Source: Zymomonas mobilis subsp. mobilis ATCC 10988 (lineage in GTDB: Bacteria > Pseudomonadota > Alphaproteobacteria > Sphingomonadales > Sphingomonadaceae). Taken from it: a DNA stretch of 32,000 nucleotides. The stretch is taken from positions 1,890,001 through 1,922,000 of the forward strand of contig NC_017262.1 of the NCBI RefSeq assembly GCF_000175255.2, read 5' to 3'. Below, piece by piece: positions 9,482-19,948 of the stretch. The notes beneath the pieces are model-generated. The model worked only from the letters and a program-made list of their open reading frames with translations, searched no databases and was not told where the DNA came from. The translations under genes and the position numbers were made by a program. The number at the start of each line of letters is the position of its first letter. The first letter of the stretch is position 1.

Positions 9482-10231
9482 ATGAAAGTAATAGTGCCCG
9501 TTAAACGTGTGATTGATTATAATTTGAGACCAAGGGTGAAAACTGATGGCTCAGGAATCGATCTTTCCAATCTTAAAATGTCTCTCAACCCGTTTGATGA
9601 GATCGCGGTCGAAGAAGCCGTTCGGCTGAAAGAAAAAGGCATCGCCAAAGAAGTCGTTCTGGTTTCTATCGGCGTTTCCAAAGCACAGGATCAGTTGAAA
9701 ACCGGTATGGCCATCGGGGCCGACCGCAGCATCTTGATCGAAACCGAAGAAAATGTTGAACCGCTTCACGTCGCCAAATTACTAAAAGCTGTTGTCGATC
9801 AGGAAAAACCAGATTTGGTTATTGCCGGTAAGCAGGCCATTGATGACGACTCCAATCAGACTGGGCAGATGTTGGCAGCGCTACTCGGCTGGCCACAGGG
9901 ATGCTTTGCTTCCAAATTGACGATTGCCGATAATAAAATTGAAGTTACGCGCGAGATTGACGGCGGCCTTGAAACCATCAGCCTCAATCTTCCGGCAGTG
10001 GTTACTTCCGATTTGCGTTTGAACGAACCACGCTTTGTTTCACTTCCCAATATTATCAAAGCACGGAAAAAGCCGATTGAAATCAAAAAGCCGGAAGATT
10101 TCGGTATTGATATCACGCCCCGTTTAAAAACCCTAAAAGTCGAAGAGCCTCCTGTGCGTCAGGCGGGTGAAAAAGTGGAATCCGTAGAAGAATTCGCAGC
10201 GAAACTCAAAGAATGGGGAGTCGGAGCATGA
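9482..10231 (+). CDS. etfB: Electron transfer flavoprotein beta subunit
   Basis: AGGGAG RBS 6 nt upstream. [80 protein letters not shown] matches the ETF-beta pattern. Confidence 0.9.
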   Translation: MKVIVPVKRVIDYNLRPRVKTDGSGIDLSNLKMSLNPFDEIAVEEAVRLKEKGIAKEVVLVSIGVSKAQDQLKTGMAIGADRSILIETEENVEPLHVAKLLKAVVDQEKPDLVIAGKQAIDDDSNQTGQMLAALLGWPQGCFASKLTIADNKIEVTREIDGGLETISLNLPAVVTSDLRLNEPRFVSLPNIIKARKKPIEIKKPEDFGIDITPRLKTLKVEEPPVRQAGEKVESVEEFAAKLKEWGVGA

Positions 10232-11160
10232 GCGTTCTTGTCCTGATTGATTATAGCGGCGATGTCCTCGACGAAGGCAGCTTGTCAGCTATCACCGCCG
10301 CTTTTCAGATTGACAGCGAAGTCGATCTCTTGGTCGCTGGTGACAATATCCGTGTGGTTGCTGAAAAAGCTGCCAAGATTAAAGGCGTGCATAAAGTCCT
10401 GCTGGCTGATTCTCCAGTCTATGCTTCGTCTTTGGCTGAAAATATCGCACCTTTGGTCGTGAAATTGGCCGATTCCTATCAGGCGATCGTCGCCTCTGCC
10501 AATTCCAACGGTAAAAATATTGCTCCTCGCGTCGCGGCGTTATTGGATAGCCAACAAATATCGGAAATCATCACGGTCGTTTCCTCTGATACTTTCCGCC
10601 GTCCGATTTATGCGGGTAATGCCATTGCGACAGTGCAATCGGCTGACAGCAAAAAAGTTATTACGGTTCGGGCAACGGCTTTTGAAAAGGCCGAAGCTGA
10701 AGGTGGCGATGCTCCTATTGAAGCTGTCGATGCTACGGAAGATAGCGGTCTTTCCCGCTTTATTTCAGTAGATCTACAGCAATCCGGTCGCGCTGATCTC
10801 AGCACAGCACCTCTTGTTGTGTCTGGCGGTCGCGCTTTGGGTTCGCCTGAAAAATTCCACGAATTGATCGAAGGTTTTGCTGACCGTGTCCATGCGGCAG
10901 TAGGGGCTTCTCGCGCTGCGGTCGATTCCGAATATGCCCCCAATGATTGTCAGGTCGGACAGACTGGTAAAATCGTGGCACCGGAAGTCTATATCGCCGT
11001 CGGTATCTCTGGCGCTATCCAGCATCTCGCTGGCATGAAAGATTCCCGCAAGATTGCGGCTATCAATATCGACCCCGAAGCCCCGATTTTCCAGATTGCC
11101 GATATTGGTCTGGTCGGTGATCTTTTCGAAGTCATGCCAGCCTTGATCGAAAAATTCTAA
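10228..11160 (+). CDS. etfA: Electron transfer flavoprotein alpha subunit
   Basis: ATGA start/stop overlap with etfB (ATG 10228-10230, TGA 10229-10231). MSVLVLIDY.. The C-terminal FAD-binding region is [56 protein letters not shown]. The track start at 10213 is probably an upstream extension. Confidence 0.9.
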   Translation: MSVLVLIDYSGDVLDEGSLSAITAAFQIDSEVDLLVAGDNIRVVAEKAAKIKGVHKVLLADSPVYASSLAENIAPLVVKLADSYQAIVASANSNGKNIAPRVAALLDSQQISEIITVVSSDTFRRPIYAGNAIATVQSADSKKVITVRATAFEKAEAEGGDAPIEAVDATEDSGLSRFISVDLQQSGRADLSTAPLVVSGGRALGSPEKFHELIEGFADRVHAAVGASRAAVDSEYAPNDCQVGQTGKIVAPEVYIAVGISGAIQHLAGMKDSRKIAAINIDPEAPIFQIADIGLVGDLFEVMPALIEKF

Positions 11161-11201
11161 ATCCTTTTTCCCTGTCGCAAGACAAGGCTATTCAATAAAC
11201 G

Positions 11202-11244
11202 AAATCCGGATGACAAGACAAAGGCTTGTTGTCCGGATTTTTTA
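11202..11244 (+). terminator. Rho-independent terminator after etfA
   Basis: A 13-16-bp stem AAATCCGGATGACAAG / CTTGTTGTCCGGATTT with two G-U wobbles, followed by a T-run. Confidence 0.75.
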
Positions 11245-11447
11245 TATCAACTGGCTTCACGCCTCTCTTTTTTCAAAGAGATAATCTTGGTCAATTTGTT
11301 ATCTTCGCTTCCCATCCTCGCCGTTACGGTTCTAATAAAGTTCGATATTCTCAATAGTCTGGCAATGAGTCGTCAAAATAGTTTGAAACTGTTCTAAGAC
11401 GACGCCGTTCTGTAAGTGAGATAGATAAACCTGCTCAAAAGGCAGAA

Positions 11448-12200
11448 ATGCCGATAGTCCTTAATGTCTGGCAGGTATCAATGGAGAAGAAGATGACCGA
11501 AGCCGAATGGTGGGAATTTGAAAATGTCGAAGCTATGGCAAAACAGATTGCCGACGACATCGAATTTATTATCAAGCAAGCCATTGAGAAAAAAGGCCGT
11601 GCTTTAATCATCGTTCCGGGTGGTTCTACACCGAAACTGGTTTTCCCGACGCTCGCGGCCCGTGACCTCGATTGGTCAAAAGTAACGCTGATGCTGACCG
11701 ATGACCGTCTGGTTGCCAAAGATAATCCGTTAAGCAATTTTGGCCTTCTGACCAAACATTTCGGCAATAGCGGTGCTGAACTGGTCTCCTTGATTGATGA
11801 AAATTATCTGGATGACCGCGCTGCCGCTGGCCGTGCCGCAGACCAGAAACTGGCTTCTTATAAATGGCCTGCCGATCTCGTTTGGTTGGGTATGGGGAAT
11901 GATGGCCATACCGCTTCTATTTTCCCAGGACCTAATTTCGACGAAGCTGTTAACGGGCCCCGTGAACGCCGCGCTCTTGGCCTTCTTCCGGTTCCGTTAC
12001 CGCCAGAAGCACCGGTTGCCCGCGTAACCCTTAGCTTGTCCACGCTGGCTTCTGCTCATACTGTTATGGTGGTTATCACTGGCGATCATAAACGCACGGT
12101 TCTGACCGATGCTTTGAAAGAAGGCGCTTCCAGCCGTCTTCCGGTTGGCCGCGTTCTCGGTGAAACCGAAGCCTCCATCGATGTGTACTGGAGCAAATAA
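11448..12200 (+). CDS. pgl: 6-phosphogluconolactonase (Entner-Doudoroff / pentose phosphate pathway)
   Basis: ALIIVPGGSTPKLVFPTLA..DWSKVTLMLTDDRLV..WLGMGNDGHTASIFPG matches the Pgl/NagB-fold signature. The start is uncertain: in-frame ATGs at 11448, 11481 and 11493. Confidence 0.85.
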   Translation: MPIVLNVWQVSMEKKMTEAEWWEFENVEAMAKQIADDIEFIIKQAIEKKGRALIIVPGGSTPKLVFPTLAARDLDWSKVTLMLTDDRLVAKDNPLSNFGLLTKHFGNSGAELVSLIDENYLDDRAAAGRAADQKLASYKWPADLVWLGMGNDGHTASIFPGPNFDEAVNGPRERRALGLLPVPLPPEAPVARVTLSLSTLASAHTVMVVITGDHKRTVLTDALKEGASSRLPVGRVLGETEASIDVYWSK

Positions 12201-12232
12201 GCAAGCTCTGCTTTTTTGTTTTAATAACCCTA

Positions 12233-12271
12233 TTAAAAAACCCGTATCCATTCTTGGATGCGGGTTTTTTT
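12233..12271. terminator. Bidirectional rho-independent terminator shared by pgl (+) and the 12270-12593 ORF (-)
   Basis: AAAAAA, then CCCGTATCCA (12241-12250), a TTCT loop, TGGATGCGGG (12255-12264) and TTTTTTT. The A-run and T-run flank a 10-bp stem that contains one G-T pair. Confidence 0.7.
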
Positions 12272-12593
12272 ACTGCCGATGTTCTGGCGGCAAATCACCA
12301 TCAAAGGCAATTCGGCGCAAACATTCCCGATAAAGGATTTTCATTTTTTCGTCTTTGGGTGATTTAGGTGCCAGATAACGGCATTCTAAAAATTTTTGCT
12401 CTCTTTGAGAGGTTCCTTCTGTCGGCAAGGCGGTATTTATAACAACGGGAGCCTCTATTCCCGATTTATGCCGGACAGACATATGGCTTGATGGCGCCGA
12501 TATAACCAAGAGTAAACAAAGAGCTACTGCCGTTAAAGAGGAAAGTAACACGGCAGCCAGACAGATTACGCTATTAGCAGATAAACGAAACAA
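12270..12593 (-). CDS. Hypothetical small membrane-anchored or secreted protein
   Basis: 107-codon ORF with a TTG start. The N-terminal hydrophobic stretch is VICLAAVLLSSLTAVALCLLLVISAP. I recognise no family. It sits between two terminators, which supports an independent unit. Confidence 0.35.
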   Translation of the reverse strand: MFRLSANSVICLAAVLLSSLTAVALCLLLVISAPSSHMSVRHKSGIEAPVVINTALPTEGTSQREQKFLECRYLAPKSPKDEKMKILYRECLRRIAFDGDLPPEHRQ

Positions 12594-12745
12594 GGGTATT
12601 CCATTTCAAAAAAGCTATCGTGAAAGCATATCATATTCTATTCGTTAGTAAAAATAGATAAAAACAATGCTGAATAAAGCTGTGAGTGAAGCACTCTTTT
12701 ATCCAAAGGCTATCTTTATAAAGCCTTAATTGAAAAATCCGCTGC

Positions 12746-12785
12746 TATAAAAATAGGGAGAAAAGAATACCTTTCCTCCCTATTT
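12746..12785 (-). terminator. Rho-independent terminator of the TonB-dependent receptor gene
   Basis: A 15-bp stem AAATAGGGAGAAAAG (12751-12765) / CTTTCCTCCCTATTT (12771-12785) with one mismatch. On the minus strand it is followed by TTTTTAT. Confidence 0.6.
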
Positions 12786-12828
12786 CTCAAAATCTGTCCT
12801 ATCCTTGATAGGCTTCAATCATAGTTAA

Positions 12829-15291
12829 TTATAAAGAAACATCGACTTTAAAATAATAGAAGCCCCCATTCATGCCCAATTGGGACGTGCTCATATTATA
12901 TTGTGGCACGCCCAAATAGCGATGTGCGACAGGCACACGGCTAGGACGGGCATTGAACAGATTGTTGGCACCTATCGTCAAAGCCAGCTTCGGATTTACT
13001 CGATAAGTAATATCGAGGTTGGTCACAAATTTAGGCTGGTTCAGGAATTTGAAGAAATCATAGGCCGATGCCACCGATGTATTGGCTACCCCTTTGTAAT
13101 AAGCCAATTGAGACGTGGTCTTTCCCCAGCGGATTTCATGTAAACCGACAATCCATTTTTTGTCACCGCTAGTGAACTGACCGCCCCAGATAATCTTACT
13201 ACGCGGATAAGCCGTGGTGATATAAGCAATACTCTGCGCCGTCAGAAGGTCATTTCCTTGGGCATCTGTGCTTTGATGGGTCAAGATGGTGCGATTGACA
13301 TTCGCCGCGACGCTCCAATCAATCCGTCCGATATCGCCCAGATAGGTCGGATAGGTAGCCGTAATATCAATACCACGGGTGCGGGTGCTAGCGACATTGG
13401 CAAACCAATGGGTCGATAGCGAAGCCGTTGCCCAACTCGAGGCATCAGATGGCAAGGTAAAACCGTTCATCGCCAAGGCGGTTAAAGCCTGATCACCATA
13501 GACATTACCCCCCGGCAAAATCTGATCACGCAGCTTAATCTGATAAAGATCAGCTGTAATGACCAATCTTTTGATCGGTTCAAAGGTTACACCCGCTGTA
13601 ATATTGGTTGACCGCTCCGGTTTTAGTTTCTGAGCGCCATTCGCCAAAGCCCCGGGCGAGCTAGCGCTGATAATACCGTGGGCAGCCGTTGGAGATAAGG
13701 TAACCGCGCTATAATATTCCTGCGCCAAAGTTGGAGCATGAAAGGCATTGGACAAGGTTGCTCGGAATCCCAACCATTTGAAAGGATCATAGCGCAGCGC
13801 CACCTTTCCGGTTTTGGTATCCCCGACATCAGAATAATGCTCGTAACGGCCAGCAACATCAATTTGTAACTGTTTGACGAGATGGGTCGCTACATCAAAA
13901 TATCCACCAAAGACATTCCGGCTAAATTTGCCCGCATTGGCAGCCGCCGTGCCGGGGAGGGCATCTGACCCGCTTCCATAGGTTGAATCTGCTGATCCCG
14001 CACCAATGGTATAGCTCTCATAACGATGCGTTGCCCCACCAGCGACATTGATTTCGTGAGGCCAACCATCAATGTGGAAAGCCTTGCTGAAATCAATGGC
14101 ATTACTCCATTGCTGATTATTAAACCGCTGAACACCTTTAAAGGTAGTCGGTGTTCTGCCTGTATCCCGTGACAATTGCAGATTGGCAGAATCTTTAAGA
14201 CCGATATTATCATAGTCACGGCCATAAACACTGGAAACATCCCAGTTCCAGCCTTTGATTTTACCCTTTAAGCCGGCCATGATTTCCCAATCATTTTCAT
14301 TGATGGTCTCAATAGGCGAGTAACCATTGGGATAAATAGCCGCATAACCGGGGTAATTGGTTAATGAACTCGGCAGACGATAATTTTGATAAGCACCGGC
14401 AGAACGATGGGCATAAGTGGCTAAACCATAGGCCTCGATATTATCAGTGATTTCATAGCCACCTTTAATCGCAAAGCTTTCTCGGGTCTGTTCTGGCTGT
14501 CCTAGTAATTTGTTGTCTTTAGTGCCGGTTCTCAAATCAGCTGCACTGCGATAGGTATGGTTTTGGCGCAGGAAATCACCACTGACATGAAGATAGCCGC
14601 GAGACCCCAATTTGGTGCCACCATCGAGATACACACCCTGCTGGAAACCGTCTTTAGCAGCAGTAATACCGGTCAAAGTCTGGGCATGGAAGCCGTGATC
14701 CTGTTTTTTCAGGATAATATTAACAACCCCTGCAACAGCATCAGAGCCATATTGCGCCGAAGCCCCGTCACGTAACACTTCGATATGGTCGATTGCTGCC
14801 ATCGGAATCATGTCAATATCGACAGGCGTGGATCCCTGCTGTGGACCCGGATTGGCATAGATATTGGCAGTTGTATGGCGACGTTTTCCATCGACCAAGA
14901 CAAGGGTTTCGTTCGGGCTAAGCCCTCTTAAACTTAAGGAATCTGTTAACGCACCGCTATCATATCCACCGTTTGGTACGGTCAAAGAAGGTAATAGCTG
15001 TGTCAGAGCATCACGCAAACTGGGCATACCTGTCTGGGCAAGCTGTTTTGCGGAAATAATATCAATGGGGGAAATACTTTCGCGGGCTTTTTTACCGGTT
15101 TCGCGGGTTCCGGTGACAATAATCGCATCCCCTGCATTCCCAGCAACATTCGAAGGATTCTCAGCTATATTATCAAGTGCCGGCTTGGCGGCTGTCTCCG
15201 ACGTTTCACTTGCAAAAGCGATCGTCGGATATTGTAAAAAGGTTGAGGAAAGGCAAACAAAAAAGCCACCCTTGAGGAATACTCGCTTCAT
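12829..15291 (-). CDS. TonB-dependent outer-membrane receptor
   Basis: GGGGGG RBS. Signal peptide ..LQYPTIAFA. TonB-box-like AIIVTGTRE. Plug motifs IDIISAKQLAQTG..LRGLSPNETLVLVDGKR..IEVLRDGASAQYGSDAVAGVVNIILK. A roughly 600-aa beta-barrel region follows. Substrate unknown. Confidence 0.9.
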   Translation of the reverse strand: MKRVFLKGGFFVCLSSTFLQYPTIAFASETSETAAKPALDNIAENPSNVAGNAGDAIIVTGTRETGKKARESISPIDIISAKQLAQTGMPSLRDALTQLLPSLTVPNGGYDSGALTDSLSLRGLSPNETLVLVDGKRRHTTANIYANPGPQQGSTPVDIDMIPMAAIDHIEVLRDGASAQYGSDAVAGVVNIILKKQDHGFHAQTLTGITAAKDGFQQGVYLDGGTKLGSRGYLHVSGDFLRQNHTYRSAADLRTGTKDNKLLGQPEQTRESFAIKGGYEITDNIEAYGLATYAHRSAGAYQNYRLPSSLTNYPGYAAIYPNGYSPIETINENDWEIMAGLKGKIKGWNWDVSSVYGRDYDNIGLKDSANLQLSRDTGRTPTTFKGVQRFNNQQWSNAIDFSKAFHIDGWPHEINVAGGATHRYESYTIGAGSADSTYGSGSDALPGTAAANAGKFSRNVFGGYFDVATHLVKQLQIDVAGRYEHYSDVGDTKTGKVALRYDPFKWLGFRATLSNAFHAPTLAQEYYSAVTLSPTAAHGIISASSPGALANGAQKLKPERSTNITAGVTFEPIKRLVITADLYQIKLRDQILPGGNVYGDQALTALAMNGFTLPSDASSWATASLSTHWFANVASTRTRGIDITATYPTYLGDIGRIDWSVAANVNRTILTHQSTDAQGNDLLTAQSIAYITTAYPRSKIIWGGQFTSGDKKWIVGLHEIRWGKTTSQLAYYKGVANTSVASAYDFFKFLNQPKFVTNLDITYRVNPKLALTIGANNLFNARPSRVPVAHRYLGVPQYNMSTSQLGMNGGFYYFKVDVSL

Positions 15292-15784
15292 AACACGCCC
15301 CCCATAATTTGTTAGTCTTGCATCTGACCTTTTTGTGAGATGATTTTAAAGAAAAGATTTGTTTTCAGAGCTAAAGGAAACATTTTTCTCGTAATATTAT
15401 TGTGAAAGAGAAGGATATTTTATAAAAAATTTATTCAAATGTCTAGTGATGTAATTTTAATTTTGCATATATTGTGTCTTTTTTAATACAAAATACCAAA
15501 ATGTAAAAATATAACGCATCTATCTTGTTTAATTAGACGTGGGGAAAAATAGCTATGCCACTTTCGCGAGAAAGAATATGGCCTGTTGTTGCTATGTATT
15601 TTTCGCTTAGTTATTGAATAGTAACGTTTTTATGTAAAAATTCTCTTCCCTTTGTGGACATCAAAACACTATTTCAAAGGCTTCATTTTGTTTTGAATGT
15701 ATAAAAAAACCGAAATAATCTGAATTTTTTCTTCAAGGTCACTTTGGCCTTGGGGTGCTTTGAACACCCTTTAAGGCCAGAGAA

Positions 15785-16522
15785 CTATTCGGCTTTAGAC
15801 ATTGGGCAGATAGCCTGTCGTAAAGGCGCAAGACCTCGACTAGCACGGCGGGCATCCAACTGGTCTTTATCAATCACAGGATACAGGGAGCCATCCGGCT
15901 TTACTCTTGTTCCATAGATTTGGGGCTTACCGTCTTTTGCCAAAAGCTGATCTTCGAGAATAGCGAGATAATCACCGGGAAAATCTTGTCGTGCAAAAAG
16001 ACGCCGCATCATATCCAAGGCATTTCTTTGAAAAGCAAAATCACGAGACCGTTGAATTAAAGAAAACTCAGCCGCGACCCCCTGACCACCAATTTGAGAT
16101 ACCGAAAAAAGCCCTTCTTTTTCGATCATTTTTTTAAAATCTCGAGTGTTTTTGCGGTCTGTTTCTTCGACTTCTTTCCAGTCGATCGGCTGACCTTTTG
16201 TAAAATGGTTCCGAACCGCCTGTTCATGCTCACTCATCGCAATCAGGATTTTTGCCTGCTTTTTAAATGAATCCGCTGCTTTGACATCCTGAAAATGCCG
16301 ACTGTTTAATTCTGCGCCGGGGAAGGAAAGGTCACAACTCTCGGCTACAGATTCTATTGGCTTCGTAAAAGGCTGCTCTGCCAGAGCGATAACCGAAAAA
16401 GATGAAAATATCAGAAAAATGATTTTCTTTTGAAAAGCAGACAGCCCAACAGGCATCTTATCATTCGTCATAGGGCGATGACCTGATAAATATGAAAAAG
16501 CGTTCAATGCCTTTTTAATCAT
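15785..16522 (-). CDS. Hypothetical exported protein
   Basis: 245-codon ORF. A likely signal peptide follows the internal Met (MPVGLSAFQKKIIFLIFSSFSVIALA, start at 16456). The conserved-looking C-terminus is YLAILEDQLLAKDGKPQIYGTRV..PVIDKDQLDARRASRGLAPL. I cannot place the family confidently. Confidence 0.6.
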   Translation of the reverse strand: MIKKALNAFSYLSGHRPMTNDKMPVGLSAFQKKIIFLIFSSFSVIALAEQPFTKPIESVAESCDLSFPGAELNSRHFQDVKAADSFKKQAKILIAMSEHEQAVRNHFTKGQPIDWKEVEETDRKNTRDFKKMIEKEGLFSVSQIGGQGVAAEFSLIQRSRDFAFQRNALDMMRRLFARQDFPGDYLAILEDQLLAKDGKPQIYGTRVKPDGSLYPVIDKDQLDARRASRGLAPLRQAICPMSKAE

Positions 16523-16965
16523 TGTCCAATGTATCTCTTTTTATTTTGGTAAAGAATCATGTTTTTTGAAGAAAAATTATATTTACCAAAGCATAGTCTA
16601 CTTTTATTTCTAAGGTAAATTTATACATAAATTATTTTCTTCAAAAGAAGAAATGATATCTATAAAAATGTTGAAATATTTTTCAAAATTTTTTTTATAA
16701 AAAGAAAATTTCTATTATAGAAAATGCCAATATTTTATTTTATTCCCATTATTCTTTCATTACTATTATCGGACATCATACTTGTTGAATGAGGCTTTTT
16801 CAGCTATGGAAGCCTTCATTCGTCAGAGAATTAATGCGGTTCACGTGTTAATTCTGGTTATGGTATCGAATCTTTTTATAGTCCCCCTCATGCCTTTTCA
16901 CAGGATAACAGGTCGGAAAAAAGATAAAAGATAGATACTAATCTTTCTAAATGGACAGGAAACAC

Positions 16966-18783
16966 ATGAGCCTGCGCAACGTGGCCATCATCGCGCATGT
17001 CGATCACGGCAAAACGACGCTTGTCGATCAGTTATTTCGTCAATCAGGTACTTTCCGTGAAAATCAGCGGATCGATGAAAGAGCAATGGACTCCGGCGAT
17101 CTTGAAAAAGAACGCGGTATTACCATTCTCGCCAAATGCACCTCGATTGAATGGAACGGCAAACGTATCAATATCGTCGATACGCCCGGCCATGCTGACT
17201 TTGGCGGTGAAGTAGAACGTATTCTTTCTATGGTTGACGGTGTTATTCTGCTGGTAGATGCCGCAGAAGGCCCTATGCCACAGACCAAATTCGTGACCAG
17301 CAAAGCCTTGGCACTCGGTCTGAAACCCATCGTGGTCGTCAATAAAATTGATCGTCCCGATGCGCGTGCAGCCGAAGTCCTGGACGAAGTTTTCGACCTC
17401 TTCGTGACCTTAGGTGCCAGCGATGAACAGCTGGACTTCCCGGTTCTTTATGCTTCCGGTCGTAATGGTTACGCGGGTGAAAGCGAAGAAGTTCGTGAAG
17501 GCACCTTGGCACCGTTGTTTGAAAAGATTGTCAGTCACGTCAATGCCCCGAAAGTTGACGCGGATGCACCGTTCCGTTTTCTGGTAACGCTGCTTGATCG
17601 CGACAATTTCGTCGGTCGTATTCTGACGGGTCGTATTGATGCCGGTAAGCTTTCTTTGAATCAACCTATCCATGCTATTGATATGGACGGTAATATTCTT
17701 GAAACTGGCCGTGCTTCAAAAATTATGGCTTTCCGTGGTCTGGAACGTGTTCCGGTTGAAGAAGCCTCTGCCGGTGACATTATCAGCCTTGCTGGTCTTA
17801 CGGTCGCAACGGTTGCCAATACGATTGCTGACCCATCCGTCAAAGAACCGATCGCTGCTCAGCCGATTGATCCGCCTACCTTGTCCATGCGTTTCTCTGT
17901 GAACGATTCTCCTTTGGCGGGTAAAGAAGGCACCAAGGTCACCAGCCGGATGATCCGTGACCGTCTGATGGTCGAAGCTGAATCCAATGTGGCTATCCGC
18001 GTCACTGAATCCGACGAAAAAGACAGCTTTGAAGTCGCCGGTCGTGGTGAATTGCAGCTGGGTGTTTTGATCGAAACGATGCGCCGCGAAGGTTTTGAAC
18101 TTTCCATCAGCCGTCCGCGCGTGCTGTTCACCGAAGGTGAAAATGGCCGCGAAGAACCGTATGAAACGGTCGTTATCGATGTTGATGACGAATTTTCCGG
18201 CACGGTCGTCGAAAAAATGTCACTGCGTAAAGCTGAACTGGTCGACATGCGTCCTTCAGGTGGCGGCAAAACCCGTATCACTTTCTCGGCTCCGTCACGG
18301 GGTTTGATCGGTTATCATGGTGAATTCTTGTCCGATACCCGTGGTACCGGTATTATGAACCGCCTGTTTGAGAAATATGGCCCCTATAAAGGCCCGATCT
18401 CTGGCCGTCAGAATGGTGTGCTGATTTCTCTTGGTACCGGCGCTTCTGTTGCTTTCGCCCTTGGTTCTCTCGAAGAACGCGGCGTTCTGTTCATTGGTGC
18501 TGGCGAAACCGTTTACGAAGGCATGATCATTGGTGAAAATGCTCGTGAAGGTGACTTAGAAGTCAACCCGCTCCGTGCAAAACAGCTTACCAATATGCGT
18601 TCTTCCGGTAAGGATGATGCCATTCGTTTGACGCCACCGCGCGCTATGACGCTGGAACAGGCTATCGCTTATATCGCTGATGATGAACTGGTCGAAGTGA
18701 CGCCCAAATCTGTTCGTCTGCGTAAACGTTGGCTCGATCCGAATGAACGCAAGCGTCATGCTCGTGCCAGTAAAAACCTCTAG
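16966..18783 (+). CDS. typA: Translational GTPase TypA/BipA
   Basis: [54 protein letters not shown], full-length (~605 aa). AGGA lies 5 nt upstream of ATG 16966. The track start at 16951 is an alternative. Confidence 0.95.
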   Translation: MSLRNVAIIAHVDHGKTTLVDQLFRQSGTFRENQRIDERAMDSGDLEKERGITILAKCTSIEWNGKRINIVDTPGHADFGGEVERILSMVDGVILLVDAAEGPMPQTKFVTSKALALGLKPIVVVNKIDRPDARAAEVLDEVFDLFVTLGASDEQLDFPVLYASGRNGYAGESEEVREGTLAPLFEKIVSHVNAPKVDADAPFRFLVTLLDRDNFVGRILTGRIDAGKLSLNQPIHAIDMDGNILETGRASKIMAFRGLERVPVEEASAGDIISLAGLTVATVANTIADPSVKEPIAAQPIDPPTLSMRFSVNDSPLAGKEGTKVTSRMIRDRLMVEAESNVAIRVTESDEKDSFEVAGRGELQLGVLIETMRREGFELSISRPRVLFTEGENGREEPYETVVIDVDDEFSGTVVEKMSLRKAELVDMRPSGGGKTRITFSAPSRGLIGYHGEFLSDTRGTGIMNRLFEKYGPYKGPISGRQNGVLISLGTGASVAFALGSLEERGVLFIGAGETVYEGMIIGENAREGDLEVNPLRAKQLTNMRSSGKDDAIRLTPPRAMTLEQAIAYIADDELVEVTPKSVRLRKRWLDPNERKRHARASKNL

Positions 18784-18859
18784 CTGATTTTCGATCTGTC
18801 AAATTTAGGACTGTCAAAAAAATAACAGCCCCTTTGATAGCTCGCGTCAGAGTTTTATG

Positions 18860-18898
18860 AAAAAGCGCCTTCTGTTCAGGAAGGCGCTTTTTTCTTTT
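18860..18898 (+). terminator. Rho-independent terminator of typA
   Basis: Stem AGCGCCTTC (18864-18872) / GAAGGCGCT (18880-18888), followed by TTTTTTCTTTT. Confidence 0.8.
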
Positions 18899-19009
18899 AA
18901 GATATTGTTGTTTTTTGCCATATAAAAAGCATGGCATCATTCTTGCTTTATCCTGATCGACTGCCCTTATCATAACAGTCTGGACAGAATAACAGGGGGA
19001 CTATCCAGC

Positions 19010-19906
19010 GTGACAACCAATTTTGTTTCGCTTTCAAAAAAAATTGAAGGTCGCATGGAATCTATCCGCATGGCCATTGACCAAGCAGCACAGGATTCCG
19101 GTGTTGATTTCTCTTATCTTATGGCACAAGCCCGTTGCGAAAGCGGTCTTAATCCTCATGCCAAAGCGCAAGGGTCAACAGCGGCTGGTCTGTTCCAATT
19201 CCTCAATCAAAGCTGGCTTGGTGTTCTAAAACAGCATGGCGATGAATATGGCTATGGCTGGGCGGCTGATGCAATTAGCCGAGAAGGAGGACGTTGGGTT
19301 GTCCATAATCAGGAATTAAAATCCCGTATTTTTGAACTTCGGGAAGAACCTGCGGCGGCAGCAGCGATGGCGGGGGCTTTTGCTGCTGACAATGCCCAAA
19401 AACTAAAACAATGTCTGGGTCGTCCGGCCAGTCGGGGTGAATTATATTTTGCCCATTTTCTCGGGGCAGCAGGTGCCAGCCGTTTCCTGACAAAAAGAGC
19501 CGCTGATGGGAATGCTTGCGCTGCACTTCATTTCCCCAAAGAAGCTAAAGCCAATCGGGCAGTATTCTATACTCATGAAGGGAAGGGACGTAGCTTTGAT
19601 GAGGTTTATCATATGCTGGCTTCACGTCTTGACCGGAATGCCAATGATGCCGATAGCGAATGGCTGAAAAAAGGTAATCTTCACTACGCTGCCCATTATA
19701 AGGTCATCCCCGACCGCTTTGAATCTCCACAAAATAACGCCCGTCTTATTTCTCTGGCGATGCAGGGTGTCGATGGTATGACGGCTGCTGCGATGCTAAG
19801 CCACCGTCCTAATACTCATAGCGCTACCAATGCTGATGCCCATAAATATTCTAATGATGCCAGAATGGCCTATGCTCTGATTTCTTCCTCATTGAGCAAT
19901 ATCTAA
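19010..19906 (+). CDS. Lytic transglycosylase (SLT-domain) protein
   Basis: GTG start, with GGGGGA 9 nt upstream. AQARCESGLNPHAKAQGSTAAGLFQFLNQSW carries the catalytic Glu-Ser and AGLFQF motifs of family-1 soluble lytic transglycosylases. Confidence 0.75.
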   Translation: MTTNFVSLSKKIEGRMESIRMAIDQAAQDSGVDFSYLMAQARCESGLNPHAKAQGSTAAGLFQFLNQSWLGVLKQHGDEYGYGWAADAISREGGRWVVHNQELKSRIFELREEPAAAAAMAGAFAADNAQKLKQCLGRPASRGELYFAHFLGAAGASRFLTKRAADGNACAALHFPKEAKANRAVFYTHEGKGRSFDEVYHMLASRLDRNANDADSEWLKKGNLHYAAHYKVIPDRFESPQNNARLISLAMQGVDGMTAAAMLSHRPNTHSATNADAHKYSNDARMAYALISSSLSNI

Positions 19907-19948
19907 CCCTAAAATTCTAAATCTGACCATATTTAGACCAAAAACCAG

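Noticed and set aside
10213-10227. Track start for etfA (MGSRSM..)
   Set aside because: ATG 10228 forms the classic ATGA overlap with the etfB stop and gives the conserved MSVLVL N-terminus.
14864-15307. 147-aa plus-strand ORF, together with the other long antisense ORFs (for example 3349-3651, 5229-5579, 6750-7058, 10608-10943, 13890-14240, 17859-18281, 18662-18973)
   Set aside because: All lie entirely opposite strongly supported genes and show biased, low-complexity composition typical of shadow ORFs.
15555-15617. 20-codon ORF MPLSRERIWPVVAMYFSLSY with GGGG upstream
   Set aside because: It is too short, lies in AT-rich DNA where such ORFs arise by chance, and has no supporting context.
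15292-15784. Riboswitch or Fur box upstream of the TonB-dependent receptor
   Set aside because: Only weak AT-rich resemblance to a Fur box (CACAATAATATTAC). I saw no conserved cobalamin or TPP riboswitch core motifs. This needs a covariance-model scan to settle.
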